DNA of 30,996 nucleotides from Candidatus Methylomirabilota bacterium (GTDB lineage: Bacteria; Methylomirabilota; Methylomirabilia; Rokubacteriales; CSP1-6). Positions within the stretch are counted from its first letter, which is position 1. Every line of letters starts with the position of its first letter. The notes beneath the pieces are model-generated. The model was not told where the DNA came from, did no database searches, and saw nothing but the letters and a program-made list of their open reading frames with translations. The stretch lies in the NCBI GenBank assembly GCA_046726415.1, contig JBKPAK010000032.1:1-30996 (forward strand), given 5' to 3'. The position numbers were made by a program, and so were the translations under genes. Shown here one piece after another: positions 19,447 through 29,865 of this stretch.

Positions 19447-19561
19447 GGGGCAATGTCTAAGTTGAACTGAGACTCCTGTCCCTCGCCAAACCCTCGGCCG
19501 GCGGGCCAGTGGTTGATCTCTCACCTCTGATCCGGAGACAATCCCGCGTTGATGATTACGC

Positions 19562-20335
19562 TGTCCTTCGCCGAAACTCCGTTCGGCCGACATCGCGACT
19601 AGCCCGGATGCTGAACGGGCGGCACGCCGCTGAACGAAGTCGGGCTTCACGGCACGCTATGCGACACGGTTGGGCGGGTGGCGACGTGTTCTCGAAACGC
19701 GACGTGGCTACGCCAATGGTGGGCAGATCACGAGGAGCGAGCATCACGTGGGAGTAATTGGAGAGGCGGCGGTGCGCTTGGCCGGCCGGGCGAGACGCAG
19801 CTGCCGCTCGCCGGACGTATCGATGATGCAGGCCACCGACTTCGCGGATTGGCACGACCTTGCCCAGCTCCGGCGGCTCGACCGGCCTCCGGTCCGGTGC
19901 ATCCTTGGTTAGGGAAAGGTGGGTTCGGGTGCGGTGGTAATACGCGAAATAGCCAGTCAGGACGTGACGCAGGTGGCGCGCGCTCAGGACGATGACGTGG
20001 TCGAGACAGTCGCGCCTGATCGATCCGATCAGGCGTTCGAAGGGATTCTGCCAAGGGCTCCGGGCGGCCGTGAGGACTTCTCGGATCTGCATGCCCTTCA
20101 CGCGCTGGCGGAACGCCTCTCCGTAAATCGCGTCGCGATCGCGGAGAAGGTAGGAAGGGGCGGTGTCGTCGCGCAAGGTGTCCACGATCTGCTGACACCC
20201 TGCCCACACCCGGGATAGGAAAACCCAAAAGAGTCGGTCGCTCGGATGTAGCTTCGGCCGCCGGAGCGTCTTCTTGTAGACAGCGAGCTAGCGCAAGGCG
20301 AGGTTCTCGAGGGCGAGGTGGCGGTGACTGCCGCA
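19562..20335 (-). mobile_element. IS remnant (rve/integrase-core transposase) with an in-frame stop, a large internal deletion and one terminal IR
   Basis: LALENLALR*LAV, YLLRDRDAIYG, SPWQNPFERLIGSIRRDCLDH, YYHRTRTHLSL, VGGLHHRY. Terminus TGTCCTTCGCCGAAACTC at 19562. Confidence 0.88.
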
Positions 20336-20428
20336 GAGGACTGGGTGCCAACGGAGCACTGGCCTCTGGAGTCACGATGATGAGGCCTGCCGCCACTGCT
20401 CGGTTGCGCGTGCTCTTCGTCCTGACGC

Positions 20429-20511
20429 TTCTCACGTTGTCGCCTTTGGGCCTCTTTGGCTCTCGTTGGAGCGACTTCCCGGGTAATTCCTGAGTGAAGT
20501 CTGGCTACCGC
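20429..20511. repeat. 83-nt imperfect direct repeat of 24603-24685 (att-adjacent sequence)
   Basis: Shared blocks ttctcacgt, ctctttggctctcgttgg, cttcccgg, ttcct..gtgaagt and ccgc. Confidence 0.8.
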
Positions 20512-20738
20512 GACGAAGCAATCGTGACTTTCTCGCTGTAAATGGCGTCGCCTAACTACCCGCGCAGCGTCCGTCGTCCGCATTCCGCTGGTGCCCGGCG
20601 CGGGCGCCTGCATGCTCCTCCTCGGCCTCCCCCTCGGGCTGCGCCACCCTTCGACCCCGACCGACCTGGCGGCGGTCGCCGCCGCCGGCGCGCGAGCGGT
20701 CCACCGAGGCAGGCGGGCAGGCATTATATGATGCGTCC

Positions 20739-21635
20739 GTGAGCGGCGAGCCGCGCATCCGCAAGGTCCGGCCGGACGAGCTCGAGGAGGTCTGGCGGGT
20801 GCACGTCGCCTCGAGCGGCGACCTCGCGGTGCGCAGAGGTCGGCCGGCGAGGCGGGCCGACGAACCGGTGTCAACCGATGCCCGGGCCGGGCTGGCCAGC
20901 GACCCGGACGGCTACTTCTGCGCCGTCGAGGAGGGGCGGATCCGTGGCATGGTCTCGGCCCTGGTCCGCGGCCGGGTGTGGTACCTGTCCATGTTCTTCG
21001 TGCTCCCCGGCGACCAGGGGCGGGGCCTGGGGCGGGCGTTGCTCGGGCGTGCGCTGGCGTACGGCGAGGCGCGCGGGGCCGAGGTGCGCTGCACCTGGGC
21101 CACACTCGACCCGCGCGCCCAGGCCCGCTACGTGATGGCCGGGATGGCGCCGCGCTGGCCGATCTACCGCCTAGATGGTGATGCGGCGGCGGCGGCGCGG
21201 CTCGAGGCGCGGGTCGGGCTCGACCGGCGGGAGCGGGAGCTGCCGTGCGGTCCAGGCGCCGCTGAGAAGCTGACCGCCGAGGTCTTCGGCCATGACCGCG
21301 CCGGCGACCTAGCCCACTGGCGGGGCGACGGCGGCGCGGCGGCGGTGGTCGAGCGCGGCGGCGAGCTCGCCGCCTTCGCCTACCGGCGGGGGGAGCGTAT
21401 CGGGCCGGCGGCGGGACGCGACGAGACGGCGCTCCTCCAGGCGGTGGCCGCCGCGGCGGCGGCAGGCGCGGGCGGCGGGGGAAGCGTGACGGTGCGCGTG
21501 CCCGGCGCCTGCGCTTCCCTGCTCGAGGCGCTAGTCAGCAGCGGCTTCCGCATCGGCGACCCGACGCTGTTCATGGCTTCGCGGCCGTTCGGCCGGCCAG
21601 AGCTCTACCTCCCCTCGGGGCCCATCCTCTACTAG
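20739..21635 (+). CDS. GNAT-family N-acetyltransferase
   Basis: Acetyl-CoA-binding motif FFVLPGDQGRGLGRALL. Intact 298 aa ORF. Confidence 0.85.
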   Translation: MSGEPRIRKVRPDELEEVWRVHVASSGDLAVRRGRPARRADEPVSTDARAGLASDPDGYFCAVEEGRIRGMVSALVRGRVWYLSMFFVLPGDQGRGLGRALLGRALAYGEARGAEVRCTWATLDPRAQARYVMAGMAPRWPIYRLDGDAAAAARLEARVGLDRRERELPCGPGAAEKLTAEVFGHDRAGDLAHWRGDGGAAAVVERGGELAAFAYRRGERIGPAAGRDETALLQAVAAAAAAGAGGGGSVTVRVPGACASLLEALVSSGFRIGDPTLFMASRPFGRPELYLPSGPILY

Positions 21636-21780
21636 AGAGGCGGTCGAGCGGCATGTACCGGCGGGCGCGCGAGGCGCTCGTCCTCCTGGCTCGGGGAGAA
21701 GGCGCCGGCGGCTGTGACGTGGGGATCCTCTTCGACTGGTTCAAGGGAAACGGCGCGAAGCTCCGCGCCATGATGGGAGC

Positions 21781-23187
21781 ATGAGCATGGCGGCGAACGG
21801 CGTCGTGCGGGAAGCGTTGGGCGACCTCGAAGCGCGGCTCGACCACTGGAAGCAGACGCTGGTGGAGCTGTGCCGCATCCCGAGCGTGTCGGCCTCGGGC
21901 TTTCCCCCGGAGGAGGTGCGCCGCTCCGCGCAGGCGGTGGCCCAGACGCTGCGCGACGCCGGCGTCGAGCACGGGGAGGTGCTGGAGATTCCCGGGGTCC
22001 ATCCCTACGTGTACGGCGACTGGCTGCACCGGCCGGGCGCACCCACCGTGCTGCTGTACGGACACCACGACGTCATGCCGCTGGGACGGCCGGAGAAGTG
22101 GCTCTCACCCGCCTTCGAGCCCACCGAGCGCGCGGGGCGCCTCTATGGCCGCGGCACCGCGGACGACAAGGGGGGCGTCATGGCGCACGTCGCCGCGGTC
22201 GGCTCCTACCTCCGTGCCGCCAAGACGCTGCCGCTCAACGTGAAGTTCATCATCGAGGGCGAGGAAGAGATCGGCTCCATGAACCTGGGCCGGTTCCTCG
22301 CCAAGTACCGGGCGAAGATGGCCGCCGACTTCATCGTGCTCACCGACACCCGCAACTACGACGTGGGCCACCCCGCGCTCGTCTATCAGCTCCGCGGCAT
22401 GTGCAAGGTGGACGTGGAGGTCCAGGGCCTGCGCCAGCCGCTCCACAGCGGCCTCAGCGGGCCCGTGCCCGACCCCGTGCAGATCCTCTGCGCGATGATC
22501 GCCGATCTCCGCAAGCCGAGCGGCGCGCTCAACGGCCCGGCCTCTACGCCAAGGTGGCGCGCCCCAGCGCCACGCAGCTCGCGCGCATCCGCAAGCTGCC
22601 GATGTCGGAGGCGAAGTTCAAGAAGGACTCCGGCATGCTGCCCGGCGTGCGGCTCTGGGGCGAGCGGGGCTTCTCGCTGCTGGAGCGCATGTGGACGCGG
22701 CCGGCTCTCACCGTGATCGCGCTGGAGGCGCGCCCGTTCCAGGGCTCCTCCAACCAGATCATCGAGACGGCACGGGCCCGGCTGTCGGTCCGGACGGTCC
22801 CCGGGATGGACGCGCGCGAGGCCGGCCGCCTCATCGTCAAGAAGCTCACCACCAGGCCGCCCTACGGCGTGAAGGTCACCGCGAAGGTCACCGGCACCAC
22901 GCCCTGGTGGACCACCGATCCCGAGGGCCCCGCCTTCGAGGCCGCGCGGCGCGCTGAAGGCCGGGTTCGGCAAGGAGACGGCGATGGTGGGCGCGGGCGG
23001 CACCATCGGCTTCGTGCAGCCCTTTGCCGATCTCCTCAAGGGCGCGCCCTGCATTCTCATGGGGGTCGCCGATCCGAACACCCGGGCCCACTCGGAGAAC
23101 GAGAGCCTGCATCTCGGCGACTGGGCGAAGGCGATGCGCTCGACCATCCACCTCTACGACGCGCTCGCGCGGCTGCCGCGGCGGTAG
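21781..23187 (+). CDS. M20/M25/M40 metallopeptidase (dipeptidase-like); frameshifts near 22535 and 22950
   Basis: LLYGHHDVMP, YGRGTADDKG, EGEEEIGS, LHSG, GAGGTIGF, AHSENESL. Confidence 0.9.
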
Positions 23188-23609
23188 GGGCGGGCATGGA
23201 CGTCCGACGCGCCCTGTCGCATCATGCGCTCGTGATGGAGCGTCGCCAGCGCGCCGCCTCGCTGTGGTGGTGGCCGCCGGACCCGGCGGCCCCGTAGCGC
23301 GTGATCTTCGTGGGGCTGCCTCGACGGGCGGCCCCTGGTCTCCGGAACCGCCGCGCGATTCGAGGCCGGCGGTTCTCGTGTTTTCAGGGGGGAGGCTGTG
23401 GCATCGGGCTCCTGGGCGACCAGTGTCTGAGTCTGGCAGATCACGTCACGGTGACAGGAACCAAGGGCGGGGCAACCGGGACTTCCGAGAGCGGGAGATA
23501 TGTCAATGGGCCTCATGCGTCGTGCGAATTGGACACTGCGCGATGATCGCGCTCGACGCGCGCGGACTCGGGTCGATGGCTTGAAGACCTTTGGCATCCG
23601 TTTCCTCCG

Positions 23610-24377
23610 TCACCGCTCGCTCGCCCGCCGGGTGTCATCGATGAATCGAAGCGTCTCGCCGAGATCCGGGGCGATGTCACTCGACCAAGCGAGCGCCGCC
23701 TGGATCAGCGGTGTCCACCTCGCGTCCAGCGCCGCTTGCGCCCAGCGCGCGGCGATCGCCTTCGACACCACCACGCCGTGCTGCAGCGTATAGCGCATGC
23801 GGCACATCGTAAGCACGGCGTACGACCGGTAGAACGGATTGTCGAGCCACCCGCGACACGTGGGCGCCGGTATCCACCAGCCATGCAGCAGACTCACGAC
23901 GGCGTCTCGCAGGTCTCCGGCATCAACCGGATCGATGACCGTGCGTGGATCGGGACCGGCAAGCGCCACTCCGTGCTCGCGGACGACGTGCCGGTGAATC
24001 ACCCAGGCGCGGTCGTGCTCCTCGGTGAGGAGCTGATCGCTGCCACGCTGGATACAGGGATGGCAATTGTCGTCGGGATCGAAGCGGCGCAGCGCACGGC
24101 GTGGGATGTACGAGACCTCGAGCTCTCGCGCCCACTTCGAGAGTCCGGTCGCGAGCCGCGCGTGCATCGTTCCGAGCGCGGCGACGACCTCGTCGGAGAG
24201 CGCGTCTTCCGTCACGACGAGGACGTCGATGTCGCTACTGTGCTCAGCGAAATCGCCGGTCGCGAGCGAACCGTCGAGATACACGCCGACGAGCTGCGGC
24301 CCGAGCGTGCCGCGCACGCCCGCGAGCAGCTCCGCGAGCAGAGCGTCGACGTCGGCGTAGCCGGTCGAATGACCCAT
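23610..24377 (-). CDS. Nucleotidyltransferase with DUF4111/AadA-like C-terminal domain
   Basis: VYLDGSLATGDF...SDIDVLVV, ELEVSYIP, GVALAGPDP, YAVLTMCR, SKAIAARWA. Confidence 0.85.
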   Translation of the reverse strand: MGHSTGYADVDALLAELLAGVRGTLGPQLVGVYLDGSLATGDFAEHSSDIDVLVVTEDALSDEVVAALGTMHARLATGLSKWARELEVSYIPRRALRRFDPDDNCHPCIQRGSDQLLTEEHDRAWVIHRHVVREHGVALAGPDPRTVIDPVDAGDLRDAVVSLLHGWWIPAPTCRGWLDNPFYRSYAVLTMCRMRYTLQHGVVVSKAIAARWAQAALDARWTPLIQAALAWSSDIAPDLGETLRFIDDTRRASER

Positions 24378-24492
24378 CGTTGCCACCGGGACCTTGGTCA
24401 CACCCGGGAGACGTCCAGGATGTCGTGTCGTCCCATTCCTGGGTGAAGAAAGGGGTCAGCGGCTTCAACGTCCGCTAACGCCTCGTCGATCA

Positions 24493-24545
24493 TGGTTGCG
24501 GGGGCTGGATTTGATTTGAACCAGCGACCTGTGGGTTAATGAGCC
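24493..24545 (-). tRNA. Degenerate 3' half of initiator tRNA-Met(CAT); att scar
   Basis: The reverse complement GGCTCAT(T)AACCCACAGGTCGCTGGTTCAAAT(CAAAT)CCAGCCCCCGCAACCA matches the tRNA-fMet 3' half, with a 5-nt duplication and a 1-nt insertion. Confidence 0.88.
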
Positions 24546-24559
24546 GTTTCCGATTCGAC

Positions 24560-24685
24560 ACGAGAGCCAACGCGCCACAAACAACACGTCGGAAATTAGC
24601 GGTTCTCACGTGCGTGACTCTGGCGCTCTTTGGCTCTCGTTGGGAACAGCTTCCCGGTAGTTCCTAGGTGAAGTTTGGGTGCCGC
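24560..24685. repeat. Att-adjacent inverted repeat and conserved block (candidate integrase arm sites)
   Basis: acgagagccaa (24560-70) and ttggctctcgt (24630-40) form a perfect 11-bp IR. 24603-24685 is repeated at 20429. Confidence 0.65.
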
Positions 24686-24695
24686 TCTTCGGGAA

Positions 24696-25262
24696 TCACG
24701 CGGCAGCGAAACGCCGAATGTCGTCTGTCAACCGAACAACCGCAGCTTTGTTCCCGACCGCGGCGAAGCAATCCCGTAGCTCGAGGGCATGATAGAGCTT
24801 GTACAGCTGGACTCGCTCTCGCCAGTTCATCGATAGCCGTCCGTACCCTGCGAGGAAGCCTTCCCGCTTAGCTTCATTTGCCTTGATCGCGTAGTAGTCA
24901 GTCTTCGCGAGATCGAGCAGTGGATCCGCGGACACCGCGTTTTCCACGTCAATGATTCCTGTCACGCGCCACTTGCCCTCCTCCTCGGCCACCAGGACAT
25001 TGCCTTCGTGGTAGTCATCGTGACAGAGGACGGGAATGCGAGCCTGCGTCAGGAGATCATTATGCGTTTCGACGTACTCCTCGACTGTGCGCCGAAGCGC
25101 TGGGTCGCCACCGTGCGCGTCGAACTCCACCAACTTCTTCTGGAACTGGGACCGCATGTAGGCCTCGTTCGTCGGGTGCGAGGCCATGACACCTGTGGTG
25201 ATATACCCGAACGCGTCGAGTGTTACGCCGTGAGCTTTCGCCAGCAGCGTGCCCATCCGGCC
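24696..25262 (-). pseudogene. Aminoglycoside phosphotransferase/choline kinase family, C-terminal part only
   Basis: Brenner-like LCHDDYHEGNVLV, IIDVENA, DPLLDLA. The N-lobe is absent. Confidence 0.8.
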
Positions 25263-25269
25263 GGTGTCA

Positions 25270-26097
25270 CGTCACCGTAAGTCACTTCGGCCACAAGACG
25301 CGGGTCGAGCCAGGTCACGCTGCGGACTGGTACGCGTTCCGAGAATGGTGATGTGGGGCGGACCAGCCCGTTGCTTGCGAGTGCGTCCGCGAGTCGCCTC
25401 CCTACTCTGAATTGGACAAGACCCCGATAGCTGAGGCCGCCTTTCTGAATCGTTCCCAGGAGGAGGCTCCACCCCTCGGTGCGCTCGACGACACCACCAA
25501 CGACGAAGCGGCCTTCGTGGCGCACCTTCGACTTGAGCCAGGATCGAGTCGGACCGCCGGACAGATGCGTGGAAGCCGGGTCTTTCGCCACGTACCCTTC
25601 GATCCCACGGGCGAGCACTTCCTCCCACGCTTGGTGTCGCCGCCTGTCAACCGACGCACGGGGAAGATGAGGTCGGCGCCATCCACGAGCCGTTCCAGCA
25701 CGTTACGGCGCTCCTCCAAAGGCCGTGCCCGGAGATCACGGCCGCGCGCGTAGAGGACGTCAAAGGCGATATAAACCGGACGCGTCGTAGCTGCGTCCGA
25801 CCCAGGGTCACCAAGCAGATCGAAGCGCGACACCAGCCGTTGGTCGAATACCGCGACCTCACCATCGAGCACGAGGGCCATGCCAGGCAGCGATGCGACG
25901 GCCTTGACCAAGTGGGGAAACCTGGCAGTGTGCTCGACACTCTTACGACTGATAAGACGCACGTTGCCGCCGGCCTTGTAGGCGACGATGCGCCAACCGT
26001 CGACCTTTTCCTCGTAGACCCACCCGGGGCGGTGGAAAGGCTTTACAAGTGTCGGCTGACGCGGCGTGAGTTCAAACGGGGGACTGAAACGAGCCAC
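25270..26097 (-). pseudogene. ATP-dependent DNA ligase (LigD ligase + OB domain type); frameshift near 25640; C-terminus clipped
   Basis: WVYEEKVDGWR (KxDG), LDGEVAV, AFDVLY, EGYVAK, WLKSK, WLDPRLVAEVTY. Confidence 0.88.
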
Positions 26098-26167
26098 CGA
26101 GTTAGTGTGCCGGGTGCGTCAAGCTCCGATGTGTCCCTTACCGACGCGTTCACGATAGCATCGTTCC

Positions 26168-26323
26168 ATGCTCGACGATCCGGAGGATGCGGTCATCTGC
26201 GAGTGGTGCGGCCAGCCGATCCAGGAAGGTGAGGGCCGGCTACGCTTCTTCGCCATCGCCTTCCATCTCAGGTGCTGGAACGCGAGCGTGGAAGCGCTGA
26301 TGGCGCCGAGGCGGTGGCGGTAG
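26168..26323 (+). CDS. Small (51 aa) zinc-finger protein, C-x2-C-x18-H-x2-C
   Basis: MLDDPEDAVICEWCGQPIQEGEGRLRFFAIAFHLRCWNASVEALMAPRRWR*. Translated manually; it is below the ORF-track cutoff. Confidence 0.6.
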   Translation: MLDDPEDAVICEWCGQPIQEGEGRLRFFAIAFHLRCWNASVEALMAPRRWR

Positions 26324-26444
26324 CTAGGGGAAGCCGTGCCGAGGGAAACCAATTGCTATTATGTACACGAGAGGCGGGATCGGTTGGTGATCTTACTCTT
26401 CGCGCGTCCCGGTGCACTTCGCCCGGCCATAGAGGCTCTCGGCG

Positions 26445-28061
26445 CTACTTGTCCAGCCAGACCTTCTTGTAGAGGACTTTCCACTCGGCGTTGTAGACGT
26501 AGTCCTTCATCCACGGTTGGGCGATCTCGTAGAACGGGGAACCGGAGATCGTGTTCCAGTAGAGCTTGTCGGTCATGAACTCCTGGAATTCCTTGGCAAT
26601 GGCCTTGCGCTTCGCCGGGTCGATCTCCCGAGCGTAGCGGGCGTAGTAGTCGTCGACTTTGGTGTCGGTATGGCGCGTGGTGTTCCACGACGCGGTGCTG
26701 CTCGAGATGAGGGTGTTCTGGTCCAGGGTGAACAGCGACGCGAGATCCTCGACGTACATGTCGAACGGCCCATCCTGCGTGATCACGTTCATCCAGCTCA
26801 CCTTGTCGACCAGCTTGATGTTCGCGGTCACGCCGAGCCGCGCGACCTGTTCCTTGATGACGGTCGCAATGACGTTGAACACGGACTTCTCGGTGTTCGT
26901 CATCAACTCGAACGTCAGGGGCTTCTGAGGGCCGTAGCCGGCCTCGGCCAGCAGGGCCTTGGCCTTGGCCGGATCGTAGGGGCACAGGTGCGTGACGTCT
27001 GCGGTGTCCGGAGTCCCTGGCGGGATGATTCCCACCCATGGGGTCGCCTGGCCCTTGAAGGCGATCTTCACGATCTCCTTGCGATCGATGCCGTAGCAGC
27101 CGATCGCCTTGCGGACCCTGATGTCGCTGAAGACCGGATGCGGCGCGCGGTCCTTGGACATGGGCTTCGCGTCCTTCGGGACCGTGATCTTCATCATCGC
27201 TACCATGGGCGTCGTCTCTTTCCCGGTCATGATCTGGGCGCGGGGATTCTGCGCCCTGAGGGTCTCAACGTGCTCCGGCGAAAAGTCGACGATGAAGTCG
27301 ATCTCTCCGGCCCTGAACGCGGCCATCTGCGTGACGGGGTCTTTGATCACCCGGATCACGACGCGATCCAGATAGGGGAACCCCTGATCGTAGTACTTGT
27401 CGAAGCGGTCCATGACCAGGTGGCTGCCCTTCACCCACTCGACGAGCCGGAAGGGACCGCATCCCACCACCGCCTCCGGCTTCCCGCTCTTTCGATCCTC
27501 AAGCGTGTACTTCTGCGTGGCGGTCGGCGAGTAGAACACGAGCCCCATGCGGTACGCGGCCAGCATGTGCAGCATGAAGCCGTACGGCTCTTTGAGCCGG
27601 ATCTGCACGGTGTACGGATCGAGCACCTCGACGGAGTGCACCGGTTCATAGTAGGTCCGCATGCTGGACCTGGTCGCCGGATCCATGATGCGATCGATGC
27701 TGAACTTGACGGCGGCCGCGTCGACCTTCGTGCCGTCGTGGAACAGGACGTTCTTCCTGAGCTTGAACGTGTAGAGGAGTCCATCGGGCGCGATCTGCCA
27801 CGATTCGGCGGCGTCCGGGACGAACTTGCCGTCTGGCGTGATGCCGAGAAGCCCGCAGCCGATATTCATGGCGACCCAGTTCAACTCGTAGCCGGGCGCG
27901 GTGTAGAAATCGAGGTGAGCGATCTCGTTGCCGTACGAGACGCGCAGCGTCCCGCCGCGCTTGGGCGCCTGCGCGTCGGTGAGGGCCGCCGGCGCGACGA
28001 TCGCCCAGGCGAATGCGACGAGTCCGACGATGGGACCGAGCACACGGTGTCGTGGACGCAT
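26445..28061 (-). CDS. ABC transporter substrate-binding protein, family 5 (peptide/nickel)
   Basis: Signal peptide; PKRGGTLRV, AESWQI...YTFKLRKNVLFHDGT, GCGPFRLVEW, YDPAKAKALLAEAGY. AGGAGG RBS. Confidence 0.93.
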   Translation of the reverse strand: MRPRHRVLGPIVGLVAFAWAIVAPAALTDAQAPKRGGTLRVSYGNEIAHLDFYTAPGYELNWVAMNIGCGLLGITPDGKFVPDAAESWQIAPDGLLYTFKLRKNVLFHDGTKVDAAAVKFSIDRIMDPATRSSMRTYYEPVHSVEVLDPYTVQIRLKEPYGFMLHMLAAYRMGLVFYSPTATQKYTLEDRKSGKPEAVVGCGPFRLVEWVKGSHLVMDRFDKYYDQGFPYLDRVVIRVIKDPVTQMAAFRAGEIDFIVDFSPEHVETLRAQNPRAQIMTGKETTPMVAMMKITVPKDAKPMSKDRAPHPVFSDIRVRKAIGCYGIDRKEIVKIAFKGQATPWVGIIPPGTPDTADVTHLCPYDPAKAKALLAEAGYGPQKPLTFELMTNTEKSVFNVIATVIKEQVARLGVTANIKLVDKVSWMNVITQDGPFDMYVEDLASLFTLDQNTLISSSTASWNTTRHTDTKVDDYYARYAREIDPAKRKAIAKEFQEFMTDKLYWNTISGSPFYEIAQPWMKDYVYNAEWKVLYKKVWLDK

Positions 28062-28401
28062 GGTGCCCTCCCTCCTTGTGCCGACCAGGACGGAGCGAAT
28101 CGGTAAATCAGCTTGGAAAGGATTGCCGCGTACTTTACAGGAAACATAGCCTGTCAACAACCGTCGCGGGACCGGTCCCGGCCTGAGCGACACCACGATC
28201 TCGAGCACGCTGACAAGGCCGCGCGCATGGTGACCCTGGTGCGCGCTGACGAGTCCGCTGACCAGGCTTGCCCCCCTGCCGCCACGCGATGACCGATGAC
28301 TGCCAGACACCTCCGAGGGTCACACCCGTCGATCACGGCAGGTGGCACGCTCAGGACACCCCATGAACAGATCTCTTCCTGACGGAGCGAGCATGCCCCC
28401 A

Positions 28402-28500
28402 CTAGCTTGGGGCCGGTTTCACCTTGCCCACGCCCGTGAGCTGGCCGATGTAGAACGTGTCGAGGCTGACCAACTCCCCCGGCTGCGCCGCGTGGAACAG
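28402..28500 (-). mobile_element. Short IS481-like transposase fragment
   Basis: FHAAQPGELVSLDTFYIGQLTGVGKV. Confidence 0.6.
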
Positions 28501-28988
28501 TCGAGTAGCCGGCACTGCGATCTCGCCGCTCGACGTCCGGATGAAGTCGACCACGGCGTCCCGCGTATCCGGGGGGACCCATCCGCCGCTCGGAGGTCCC
28601 CAAGTTCTTTTTTTGTCTTCACGAACTCCTCGGTCACCCTGGCGATGACCCGGTCCTTCTGCGTCAGCCGCTGGCGCAGCTCCGCCACCGTCCGCTCCAG
28701 CGTCCGCTGCTCGGTGCTGGTGTCTTTCGCGAACGCCGCCGCCCCCATTCTCGAAAAACTGCTTCTGCCAGGTGTAGAACAGGGCCGGGCTCATGTCGTG
28801 CTCCTCGCACACCGCCGACACCGCCTGCCCTCCAGCAGGACTTTCCTCAGGAGCGCTACCTTGTCCGCGGCGCTGTGCTGTCGATACCGCCGGGCGCGCT
28901 TGCTCCCCATGAGTCTCTTCTCCTCCTGTCTGCCGGATGATTACATTCCGGCTGGGTGAGGGACTCCAGTTTCAACTGAGGCAGGACA
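28500..28988 (-). mobile_element. IS3-family remnant: left IR, orfA, slippery site and start of orfB
   Basis: Terminus TGTCCTGCCTCAGTTGAAACTGG at 28988. orfA starts at 28910 (RQHSAADKVALLR...VSAVCEEH...FYTWQKQFFENG). A7G motif at about 28607-28614. orfB begins WVPPDTRDAVVDF. Confidence 0.88.
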
Positions 28989-29793
28989 GGCGTAGGCGGG
29001 ACAATTCCGGTTCCGTTCCCGAGCACGAGCGATCCTGGCGACGCCAGCTGGCACATCGATGGAAGTTACGATGTCGGCGGGCAGTGGTGGGTGAACGTGC
29101 AGAGTCTCGGGGAACATCAGGGACTCTCGAGCGCCGATCTTCTCGACGTGGACCGGACACTCGCACGCCGCGAACCAGTCCCCGCCGCTCGCCCGCTGAC
29201 TGCGCCGCCGCTGGTCCGGGCTATTCGCAGGGGGTTTCACATCGTGGTGGACCGATCACGATGGTGACGCCGGCGAGGGTGACGATGGCGCGCAGGACCG
29301 CCACCAGTTCACGGACTTTGGCCGGGCCTTCGTCCGTCTTGGCCGAGAGTCGGCGGGCCGCGTCGAGCACGAGCAGCTTGGCGCCTAGGCGTTGCAGGTC
29401 GGCGGTCAATTGGCCTGCCCAGACGGGGTCGTCCAGATTGACGCCCCGCCGGGCCACGATGTGTAACGTGTCGGGACACACCGCGCAACGCGCGGTGATG
29501 AGCGCCCGAAGCCGCAGGCGGGTCAGGGGCCGCGGATCTTCTTCCTGGATGTACAGGACCGTGACGGGTTCGACGGGGGTGAAGCGGTCTAGCCCAAAGG
29601 CGGCGGTGCCGGTGGCGGCCGCCAAGGCGATCTCAAGCGCGGCTCAGGACTTGCGGGCCCGGGGCTCGCCGTGGATCAGCATCACCATGCCGATCGGGAG
29701 CAGCTCGGGAATGAGGAACGGGACCGGAGGATCGTCCTCGGCGATGAAGGTGGCCGCCGTCTCGATGTAGTCCGCGGGGATCCCGTTTGACAT
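28989..29793 (-). pseudogene. RecA-like AAA ATPase (AAA_25 / RepA-helicase type); in-frame stop at 29644, frameshift near 29250, 3' end abuts the IS3 remnant
   Basis: Walker A IHGEPRARKS, VLYIQEED, Walker B LLVLDAARR, VHHDVKP, RASGGDWFAA. Confidence 0.8.
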
Positions 29794-29865
29794 GGCGGCC
29801 GCGCCATCACTAGGGGGTCCTGCCCCCGTCATCGCGGCAAGATCGACCCCCCCGCTGGCCCGTTT

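Noticed and set aside
29644-29646. In-frame TGA just after Walker A as possible selenocysteine or recoding
   Set aside because: The position is not a Cys-type site, the gene has other lesions, and neighbouring genes use TGA as stop.
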